From NCBI GenBank assembly GCA_951406725.2, contig OX597814.1:198586001-198650000 (forward strand): a stretch of DNA of 64,000 bases, in the 5' to 3' direction. Positions 53,113 through 64,000 of the stretch are shown piece after piece. Position 1 is the first letter of the stretch. Each line of letters begins with the position of its first letter. The notes beneath the pieces are model-generated. The model was not told the DNA's origin, searched no databases, and saw only the letters and a list, made by a program, of their open reading frames with translations. A program made the translations under genes and the position numbers. The DNA comes from Octopus vulgaris (lineage: Eukaryota).

Positions 53113-54056
53113 GTCTATCTGTCTATCTATCTATCTGTCTGTCTGTCTATCTATCTGTTTGTCTACCTATCTATCTATCTATACGCGCGTACGTGTGTTG
53201 TGTGTGTGTGTGTGTCAAAGAGTTTTCATTAAAACATTATTAAAAGTTTCATACTGTGTTTACTTACTCACCACCATAAAGTACGCTCCACCTTGCTGTT
53301 CGAAACACTACAATAAAAATAAATAAATATGCCTCGCTGTTTCCACACTAAATTTCTGACATCCTCCTCATTGATTAATGAAACAGCTTCGAGAGTAAAA
53401 AACAAAGAATGTTTACTAAACTAGTGAAGCAGAGATCTTAATCACATGTAAACATATCTCAAAATGGAAGTGTATGAAAGCAGAAGGTAGATACATTGAT
53501 AATTGTTAGTTAGCCTGAAGACGTCAAATATGCAGCTAGTTTTGTTTATCCACCTCTTTCTCCCTCTTTCTATCTGTCTATTCATGTCCATATACACACA
53601 AATATACAATGTTGGAAATATGTATATACACATATACATACAAAGATACAGGCATATATACAAATATATATAGATACATATTCATTGAGAAATACATACA
53701 CACATATATATGTGTGTATTTATATATAAATGCATGTGTGTATATTTTATTTTACATTTTCTACTGGTTTCAACTAAGAGATGTGACCATGTGGTACTGC
53801 CATTAATTTGACTACTAGCTTGTTTCAAACTCACATCCCGGTTCTATCTCTGGATTTAGTTCTGGTCAAGCAGTGATTTGAAAAAAGCTGCCCTTCTTTG
53901 TGTTTCTTGCCGCAGTGTGGCTCCATCTTGTATCTCAGATATAAATTTGCCTAATTGTTCTTTCAACTCATTCAGTTCAACACCTCGTATATATCTAAGT
54001 TTTTTTTTGGTGGGGTCCAGGCATTTTAAGACTGCGAGCCCATGAACCGAAAAGGG

Positions 54057-54103
<47 letters not shown>

Positions 54104-55611
54104 TATATACAAATTGAGATAGGGGTTGTAAATGCAACCCTCCATGGGATAACATATATCCAATATACTGCTAGTGAAGTACCCAACAAAGTTAATACAT
54201 AAATGTTAAGAATTGCGATGCAATTAATTCATTTACTGTATTATATGGGTAAAGGTAAAATGTTTTACCACACATTCATAATACAAAATAAGAAAATGGA
54301 GAAATACATCCAAATCAAATATCAACTACCAGGTAATACCCAATCACATACTTTATTAAACCACCACATAAGAAACTTTAAGGTCAAACATAATAATATA
54401 GAACAAAACAGTGTACATAAAGGAGTAATATGATACAATAAGTACAATATGTATAAGAGAATATAAATATAAACTACATCTTACAGCCGTTTCGGCCATG
54501 CAGATAAGTATGTCTCATTTTACTTATATTAGCCATTTGTGGTAGGTCAATATGTAGTTATAAATGAGACACTTACAAAAATATTATGCAATACAAACCA
54601 AATTGCATATACACTTATATAAGTGTGGGTACATACCCATAATAAATCATATACATATACATATGAGTGCATATACTCATACTCCTATACATATACATAT
54701 ACATAATACATATACATAATAATATAAATAATATAAATCAGTAAGCATACATATGCTCCATATTCAATGTTACAGTTTTTCAACTTAATATTGTGATATT
54801 ACAATGTAGAAAACATACACATATTAATACCTAAATGCAGATATACAGAGTCAAGAGTACATTATATGAATTCATATTAATTTGCAAAATGTCATTAATG
54901 TTAACATCATTACCATTATCATTACCACTAATACTACCAATATCATTATTCTTATTATTAATAACACTAATACTAGTAAAACAATATATAGATCCCATTA
55001 TTAGCAATATAGTAGCAAAACTAAGGACCACAATAGTAGTACAGTACCATGCAAAGCATTAAATATCTGCATATACATACAAAATATGAAATAAAAGCAT
55101 TCTATTTACATGATATTAAGATCCACAGGTCCTTTCCTACTGGGCGCGATTTATTAGTCTCTGTTGCAGTTGTCCATGACAAGGCTTACAGTCTTTACAG
55201 TGTTCACAGAGAAGTGAGCAACAGATATGATGTTGGTATTTTGATGCTCGGGGCGAATTAGCATGACACTGGTAACTCTTTCCAAATATTCAGCCCTCCA
55301 TATCATCTAAATTGTTCTCAACTACAACTTTAATCTTCATGCTCTCCAAGGCCATTGATTGTTCACCAATACATCAAGCTACTCCTAAAAATAGAAATTT
55401 AAAAAATCGTCAAATTTAGCCCGAATTTCCTGAGCAAGTTTCAGCTGCGTGGAAGTGAACACGTAGCTTGCATGCCCGACACTAGAGTCCCCAAGAAGAT
55501 CTTCTTTAGTGAGCTAGCAGTCCTGGGGTCGGTTCATTCGACTAAAATCCTTCCAGGTGGTGCTCCAGCATGGACGCAGTCAAATGGCTGAAACAAATAA
55601 AAGAAACGGAT

Positions 55612-56068
55612 ATCTGTCTATATCTCTATCTATCTATCTATATCTATATATCTAACTATATCTCTATCTATCTATCTATCTATCTATATCTATATATCTA
55701 ACTATATCTCTATCTATCTATCTATATCTATATATCTAACTATATCTCTATCTATCTATCTATATCTATATATCTAACTTTATCTCTATCTATCTATCTA
55801 TATATCTAACTATATCTCTATCTATCTATCTATATCTATATATCTAACTATATCTCTATCTATCTATCTATATCTATATATCTAACTATATCTCTATCTA
55901 TCTATCTATATCTATATATCTAACTATATCTCTATCTATCTATCTATATCTATATATCTAACTATATCTCTAGCTATCTATCTATATCTATATATCTAAC
56001 TATATCTCTATCTATCTATCTATCTATCTATATCTATCTATCTATCTATATCTATATATCTAACTATA

Positions 56069-56160
<92 letters not shown>
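55612..56160. repeat. Higher-order (TATC) minisatellite, about 32-bp unit marked by CTAACT
   Basis: TATATCTAACTATATCTCTATCTATCTATCTA repeated more than ten times. Confidence 0.92.
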
Positions 56161-56167
<7 letters not shown>

Positions 56168-56853
56168 AATATTATAAAAACCAAGAGAGAAGATGGAGAT
56201 AAGATTAATAAAAGTTTATAAATACATTGACAAAGCCAAACATACAATTGTTTCAATTCATCACTTTCAGCATAAGACCAAACAAATTAAATTTAACTAA
56301 ATCAATTTAGCTAATTACTACAAGTGAGAATATCTTCCGGGAAGGACTCACAAAGCTATTTGTCATATTTAAAACATAATGAAAACATTAAAAGGAAGAA
56401 AACAATTTACCATTAAAGTTAAGACTATATACATTAATATAAATGGATACAGTTATACAAAACAAGTTATAGTCATAAATAAATATAAATAACAATAATA
56501 ATAATAATGCAGGCATAACCATGCAAGAATTTGAATATTGGTTATAGGTAAAAAGAAAACAATAGACCGGTTATTAAATTATTGGAGAAGAAAAGTGAAA
56601 TAATTAGATATTCCATATACACACATATATATACACATGCACATATCCATGTAACACACTCACATACACACACACATACATATATATATAATTACACACA
56701 TATACATATATGTATATATGTATACATATATACATACATATACACACATATATATATATACATATATACACTCACACACACACACACATATATATATACC
56801 TACACACACATACACACATACAAGGCTAAGCATGGTTAAATTACTTTTGACTC

Positions 56854-56906
<53 letters not shown>

Positions 56907-56942
56907 TATATATATACAAATCAAAAGTAATTTAACCATGCT

Positions 56943-57990
56943 CGTCTCCATGACCGAACTGCAGTCGTGAATCAAAAAGAGGCCGAGGAAAGGCGGATGG
57001 CACCGCGAGTGTCGCGTTGCTCTCGAGCAACTATGCCGACCCGGGTCGACCTTGAGCGACTGCAACACAACCAAATCATTCAATTGGGGATTAGTGGAGG
57101 GGAGGTACGACGACGATCTCGGAGCGAACCTGGGCGTCGACGGAGAATACCTGACCCGCCTGCTCAAGACAACTTTCGGGCCGGGACCTATGGACAACTT
57201 CCAGAGATCCCTGGCGTACAGTGCTATCGAGAAGCGCTACCCGTTCAGGATAAGCTCTACAGTCATGGTTCGATAAACACGGGGCCGACCTGTCCGAGAT
57301 GCAGTCAGAGCGACGAAACCGTTCGGCACGCACTCGTACAGTGTCCCATAATTTCCGACCTGTGGGTCTATATCGAACGACTGCTATCGTATGTGGAACA
57401 AGTTGGTTTATCAACCAAGTCTATCGTGAATATTGTCGCGCCCACTTCCTTGAAACAGGAAGGAAGAGCCATTTTCATCGTACTTGTGGCTATGGCGAAG
57501 GAATGTGTATGGTGGACATGCCTGAAAGGTCTAGAGACAAACACTTTCCTCTCTGGTGAATCTCTCATCAACATCTTCAAGAATCACTAAATTACGGGAA
57601 CGTTAACACACCAGTATCGGTTGTCAAGTGAATGTTTAAAAAAAGTTGGGTGAATGTAGCAAGGGTGGCACGTGTGAATGATGGAACCAGCTTGAGCATA
57701 ATCCAATGAACCAAAAAAAGAAAGGGAAAAAGAGAGCCACTTACTGTATTGTGTTTTTTTTTGTATGACACTATTGCCCAAGGTTCCCGTGGTCTTTTCC
57801 ATAGGCTTTTCTTTCTACGGATAAGCCTAATCTGTTTTCCCTATTTACATTGACATTACTGTGTTGCACGATCCCTATTGATAACCCCTACTTATTTTTT
57901 CTTTTTCTTCTCTTCTTCTTCCCCAAAAGAAAAGCTCTACTTTGTATTTTGGCCCCTCTTGTGTTCAGCCCTGTGTGGCCAATAAAGAAA
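56943..57990 (+). mobile_element. 5'-truncated Tx1/L1-group LINE (ORF2 C-terminus, 3' UTR)
   Basis: ALPV..KL....CPRC...DETVRHALVQCP...W...AK..VW zinc-knuckle region; ends CAATAAAGAAA. Confidence 0.85.
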
Positions 57991-58088
57991 CATAATTATA
58001 TAATTTATGTATATGTGCAATTATATATATATGTGTGTGTGTCTTTGTGTGTATATATGTATGTGTGTGTATATATATATATATATGT

Positions 58089-58120
<32 letters not shown>

Positions 58121-58441
58121 ATGCATGCATGTATTTCTACCCTGGAGGCATGGAAGACAAACTTGACCCGCGGTTATTTGAACTCAGTACAGAAATAGCC
58201 AGGAGAAATACCGTATGAAAAGTTTTCCGATGCTTTGACGATTTTGCTAATCCACCAACCTATGAGCAAATAATAATAATAATAATAATAAGACCAGCGG
58301 CGCAATAGTAGATTCACTGTACATATTAAAAACTAAGCAGTGTTGTATGATAATATATATATATATTATAATATCACACACACACGCATACGCATGTGGC
58401 TGTTTGGCGTGATATAAAAAGTGAGACGGTGGGAATATCAT

Positions 58442-58792
58442 GACTTAAGCACATATAGAATTGTAAAAACGTTAAAGGATTTTGTGGAATTTAGTCACGT
58501 TCGAATAAAGTACAGAAAAATCTATGATGGAAATAGCGAAACCTCTTTTGTTTTGTAATGTAAGTTATTCTTTTCTTTGTGTATAAATATGGTTAGAATA
58601 ATATGTAAAGAAAGAGGGGCAACAAATATAGTGTACCGTATCCATTATAAATGAACTAAGATTTTATATATATATATATCTATATAATTTAATGTACACT
58701 GTGTAAAGTTAAGAGCTAATTTTTTTGTTGATCTTACTTTAGCGTATTGATATATATATATATGTACATACACGTGTGTGTGTGTATGTATG

Positions 58793-58833
<41 letters not shown>

Positions 58834-58937
58834 GTGTATAAATATATGTATGTATATATATATGTGCATATATGTATGTATGTGTGTATAAATATATGTA
58901 TGTATATATATATGTGCATATATGTATATATGTATGT

Positions 58938-58975
<38 letters not shown>

Positions 58976-59107
58976 GTATGTATATGTGTGTATATGTATG
59001 TATATATGTATGTATACGTGTGTATATATATGTATATATATGCACATATGTATATATATATATGTACTTATATACGTATGTATATTTATACATACACACA
59101 CACACAG

Positions 59108-59157
<50 letters not shown>

Positions 59158-59820
59158 TACCATGTTAGTCTAATAGTTTTCAAACTGTTGAAACAATTAC
59201 AAATCAACTATTAAATTCAAAAGAGGTTACAAAATTATATTTCACGTGTGTCACTTTCTTTTATTCGTAACATTTGTCCTGGGCAAATAGAAAGAACGAT
59301 TGAATGTAATTTGATAGCAAATTGCTACGCACAACAAAAGTTTGTTTTAAACAGTTTTCATGTTTTATGTTTACGATATGTGATAAAAGTCATTTTGCTT
59401 AAAGTGTCTGGTTGAAATTTCTATAATATATCGATTTAAATTCTACACTTCTCGTTGCAACAATTTCTTTCCTATTTTGTACGTAATTTTTGGCTACAGT
59501 TTATCAGAGAATACGTATTTAGTGTTTGGTTTCGTTTTTAATTCTTCCATTTATCAGATAAACACCGTCAGGGAAATGATTCTAGAGATCTGTTGAGATG
59601 ATAAGTTCGAAAATGCTGAATTAGTCGGATGTTTACAAATAACGAGTTCTACATAAGCCGAATTAAAAAAAACAAAATAGCATTTAACATTATATTGCTA
59701 GTGTTATCTGGTAAGTTCATGGATTGAACCAATAACATCATAGGAAGCTTTTAGAATGATTTCCAGTTAATTATTCTCTGTATATTCCTTTCAAGTAAAT
59801 TATATTTTCCATTTATTACA
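58442..59820 (+). pseudogene. Decayed TLR-like pseudogene split by a microsatellite
   Basis: DLSTYRIVKTLKDFVEFSHV (58442); VFKLLKQLQ; TM-like LLVATISFLFCT*FLATVYQRIRI (59448-59519); ELVGCLQ; IAFNIILLVLSGKFMD (59677-59724). Confidence 0.42.
58750..59155. repeat. TA/TATG/CA compound microsatellite
   Basis: Directly visible. Confidence 0.97.
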
Positions 59821-59822
59821 TA

Positions 59823-60212
59823 CTAGCAGTATCGCCCGGCGTTGCTCGGGTTTGTTTCGACCCTTTAGAACTGGAATTTTTGAAAAGTAACAATTTTGCT
59901 TTATGTAACTTATTATTCTCGTTAAGTGAACATTTTTCTGGTTGAAATGCACCGAAAAATAGCGACACAGCAGTAAAAAAAATCGTAAAAGGTAGGGATT
60001 TTCATAGAAAAAAAGCACCTTTTTGATGTATTAATTTTTGGTGTTAACATGGTCCGATTTGAATTTTTTCTTCTACGGAATAAGGAGCAAGCCTTCTTCT
60101 ACCATACTGTCAATTTTGGTCAACTTGCGCCGCAGGGTCTCGGAGGAGAGAGTGTTAGTTGAAGGCTAACAAACCTGCCACACACAAACAACTTCAGCTG
60201 TATATATATAGA
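59823..60212 (-). mobile_element. Non-autonomous Helitron, family H2
   Basis: TC...CTAG termini on the minus strand; aligns with 21674-22070. Confidence 0.85.
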
Positions 60213-62235
60213 TTAACGAGTATGGCGGTGACTAGGTAGAATCGTTTGAGCAGCGAGAGAATGTCTTATGGTTATTTTTTACGGTCATCTACATTCTGAG
60301 TTCAAAATATACCGAGGTTAACTTTTCTTTTCTTCCTTCTTGGTCGATATTATTAAAATTTTGTAATTAATTTATAATTATAATTGAGGGCACACGATGG
60401 TTCTGGCACTGCTAGCATTTCAACGCTTATCAAGCACAATAGAACAAGTAAAGTTTTTAATCCTAGGAATGTAGTGAGACCTGTTGATTAGAATAAGGGA
60501 AGTTATCTTTCAAAATTCGAAATCAATTGATCCAGGTATATCCATCGCCCCATTCTGCAGCTTTATGCTGAGAAGGTAAGTTAATTTCTTTGGTTGTTGC
60601 CCGATTTGTGCTGACATGGTAGTTAAATTATTTGCTTATTGCTCGATTTCTGTTGTACCTTTTGTATTTCCAGTGAAATGGTGGTTTATTAAAGGATTTT
60701 CCGACACTGACTTTTCTAGCAATGCAAGCATCTCGTGTACCCTGAATTATAATTATAATTATAAAATTTTGGAGTTGTCATTTTATCGGCTTTCTGCTTG
60801 CTGGCCGCTTATATCATTATTGTTATTATATATTTTACTGATAATAATTAATAATAATATCTATATAAATATTCTTTGAACATATATTCGTTTATGAAAT
60901 ATATATATAAGACGGGTTTCTTCTATTTTCCATCTATCAAATCCACTGAGAAGGCTCTGATCAGTCCGAGGCTGTATTAGAAGATGCTTTAGGCACCACG
61001 CTGTGGGATTGAACACAGAACAATATGGTTGAGAAACATACATCTTGCCACACAGCTACGCCTACACTTTTTATGCATCTTCTTTCTCGTTCCTAGATTT
61101 CAAAGTCAAAATCCTAAAGCCGCCAAGTATTATCAAGAAATGATTATCTCCCTTGCAGGAAACATTCCGAATTTGAAATAATTTTTATGTAGCACATTTT
61201 TACTTATTTATTCTGTCCAGATTTCAAATCTCACTGAGATATATTTTTCCTTTCATCTTTTAAATTAAATAGCATTCAAATGCTGGGATTGAATGAATCT
61301 ACGTTGCCCCGCAAAAGGGGTTAATGTACTTATTAAAAAAGAAGAAGAAAGCAATACCGTCCAGTTGATAACGAAACTTTTAAGAAAGAATTGTCCCAAA
61401 TGCATAGTGTCTGGGTTATATAGTGTCTGATTGCGTTATATTCTTGGCATATTACAACTCTTGTATATCAGAAACATGTCTTGTCTTTTTTAAATCGTTC
61501 TCTCAGAGGATTAAGGGTCCATCACGCTTTCAGGACCTCTGAAGCTTGTGGAAGACGTGAAAAAATATGGCTTTGAACAGGGGAACTCTGTTAAAGACAT
61601 CAATGTATCGGCGGGTAAGGGAGGGGAATTTATTGAACGAGCGACAAAGTAAATCTTCTCACCAGTAAAGAAAACATATTAGAAGTAAAATTTTCCAAAA
61701 AATGTTACATTAGGAAAGAAAAAAACAAAACAAAATCAAAATAAAAACAAACAAAAACAACGAAGTAATAAATATGTATATTTAAGGATATTGGATAATT
61801 TCTATGGCTGTATTTATATGAGAAATCATCAAGAATGGAAGCCGTAAACCAGATTTATTACTGCAGGTATTCGTTGAAAATGTAGTCAATAGAGATGAAT
61901 TACTAATGATGCGTTAAATATAGAATGTTCTGGCACAGTTTATCTATAAATGAATTATTTATTCAGACAAAAACTAAGCAAGTTATTCACAGAATTCATA
62001 ATATTCCAAACACATTCACTTCCACAAGCATACACACATACACTTGCACAGACATACACGCCATGCCCATAGATGTCCATATCTTATTTCAAATTGTCTC
62101 GTACAACTTTACAAGGACATCACAATCCATCAACACGTGGCCTCTGATTATTCTGTCTCTTTCGCTATACGCTACAACCGTAACTCCATCCCCTCAATGC
62201 GTTAACCATACACGACAGAACAATTCTGTTTCATA

Positions 62236-62384
62236 GGTGCGACCGTGACTGTGTAGTTTAACAATTCACTTTGCAACCACGTGATTTCATTCCCCCAGCG
62301 CGTTCCCACTCTTCTTTTATGACACTAAGCCGACAACTGCTTTATACATGAATTTAGTAGACAGAAATTGTGTGGAAGCGCGCC

Positions 62385-62386
<2 letters not shown>
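62236..62386 (+). mobile_element. Diverged SINE B 5' half
   Basis: AGGTGCGACCGTGACTGTGTAG...GTAGACAGAAATTG, then (TA)n. Confidence 0.6.
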
Positions 62387-62427
<41 letters not shown>

Positions 62428-62441
<14 letters not shown>

Positions 62442-62820
62442 TGAGGTTGTGTGTCTGTCTCCTACGATTTAGATTCCTAACTACTCCCACATTTTGCGGT
62501 GCAGTTTAACCAAAACCGGGTATCTTATAGTCGTGATTCATATCGAGCCCTTCTGGGTATTAGCGCGCGTCTACGATGAGTCTACGATTTAAAAAAAAAT
62601 TACCATCATTTTTTTCCATTTTAATGCATTTTTTCGCTATTATATAAGGGAAGTAACTCTCTAAAAATGTCTATGAAGAGTCAACGATTTAAAAAAAAAT
62701 TACCATAATTTTTTTTCCATTTTTAATGCATTTTTTTGCTATTTCTTGGCTATAACTCTCTAAAAATGCTTTATAGTTATTTCCCTTACAAACCCGAGCA
62801 ACACCGGGCGATACTGCTAG
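62428..62820 (+). mobile_element. Non-autonomous Helitron, family H1
   Basis: Near-identical to 27072-27468; ends hairpin-CTAG|T; 5' end merges with (TA)n. Confidence 0.87.
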
Positions 62821-62847
62821 TATATATATATATATAAATATATATAT

Positions 62848-63138
62848 TTCACCGCGACCGACCAGGCTACACATCTCTGGTCACAATGCTTCGCATTGTT
62901 TTAGTCTTCAAATGCCGCCACCCCGCTGGCTAAGCGAGCAGGCCATCAGAAGAAAGAGTGGGAGAAAGTTGTGGCGAAAGAGTACAGCAGGGATCGCCAC
63001 CACCCGCTGCCGGAGTCTAGTGGACCTTTAGGTGTTTTCGCTCAATAAACACTCAATAAACAACGCCCGGTCTGGGAATCGAATCCGCGATCCTACGACC
63101 GCGAGTCCGTTGCCCTAACCACTGGTCCATTGCGCCTC
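62848..63138 (-). mobile_element. SINE group C, tail C3
   Basis: Head and core as in 45480-45868 but a different 3' tail (62848-62945). Confidence 0.85.
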
Positions 63139-63314
63139 TTTCTCTTTCTCTCTCTCTCTGTATATATATATTATAATTAAGGGTATCTAATTTTGATAAT
63201 AATTATTACCCAAGAGGTTTTTATTTCCATGCTAGCCACTTGATATGATCGGTAATTAAAAAAAAACGATCTTATCCTTATTTATATAAATTTATATATA
63301 TATACATATATAAA

Positions 63315-64000
63315 CGGGGTGCGATGGGTAGATTGTCGCCATTTTATATTTATAATTTCGCGCATCCGGATTGTATGCTTTTAATTTTGTCGACTACACA
63401 GTATAGTAGGGTCAGTTGGGCACCGTATGTGAGAAAAACATCATGACACAATTCACTCTGCCAGAAATTTAGAAACGACATGCTGTACTGCTTGGTATTC
63501 GCGCCGGAAGTTCCAACACGAACATTTCCGAGTATTTGGGTGTCAATCTGAGTGTTTGCCGTGTCCCCGAAAACATGTACCGAGAGTGATTAAAATCAAA
63601 CATCCAGTCAACACGATGGTGTTTGAAGTGATCACTAGTGATCGCGATGTTATGCCTCTATTCATCTTCCCACACGTCGTCAAACTCAACACGGAAGCCT
63701 ACATCAAGTTCCTGGAGAAGGTAGTGCTGCCCTGGGTCAAGAGGGTGACTACTGGAAACCCTATGTCTGGCAACAGGACTGTGCGCCATGCCACATAAGC
63801 AGGAGAACCCAGTCATGGTTGACAGACAATTTCTGCCACCACATCACTCCTAACATCTGGCCATCTAACTCCAAGACTGCAACCCCGTGATTATTTTGTG
63901 TGGGGCGCAGTTGAGTGAGAGACCTACAAAACTCCTTGTAACACCAAAGATGAACTGAAGGCAAGGATTATGGCAGCATTCACCAACTTAAACAAGGAGA
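63315..64000 (+). mobile_element. Tc1/mariner-superfamily DD37D (maT-type) transposon remnant, runs off the window
   Basis: KHP...MVF..I..D......YI..LE.VVLPW, QQDCAPCH...W..NS.DCNP.DY.VWG; 37 residues between the last two D after correcting frameshifts. Confidence 0.88.

Noticed and set aside
60600-60860. Possible LRRCT end plus TM-like segment FGVVILSAFCLLAAYIIIVII
   Set aside because: Hydrophobicity partly from ATT repeats; no convincing TIR follows.

Overview
AT-rich, repeat-saturated eukaryotic DNA. The SINE families and microsatellite load match what I recall of Octopus genomes; this is inference, no search was run. I see no intact protein-coding gene, and most ORF-track entries are microsatellite translations. 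Recognisable content: three tRNA-derived SINE groups (here A, B, C; about 35 copies or fragments), LINE fragments (RTE, CR1, several R4/Dong-like in (TAA)n, Tx1/L1-like), Penelope-like remnants with hammerhead-ribozyme-like motifs, four non-autonomous Helitrons, a hAT-type MITE with a 19-bp minisatellite and a DD37D (maT) transposase remnant. Main hidden signal: much of the non-repeat DNA translates, across frameshifts and stops, into LRR, LRR-cap, TM and TIR-like motifs in the expected order, suggesting a cluster of roughly 6-10 heavily decayed Toll-like-receptor-like pseudogenes. This was read by eye in AT-rich DNA and needs frameshift-aware profile searches. Other observations: a SINE sharing its 3' tail with a Tx1-like LINE, a perfect 291-bp-arm palindrome centred on (TA)n, a 250-bp inverted repeat bracketing one pseudogene, and a 64-bp templated insertion.
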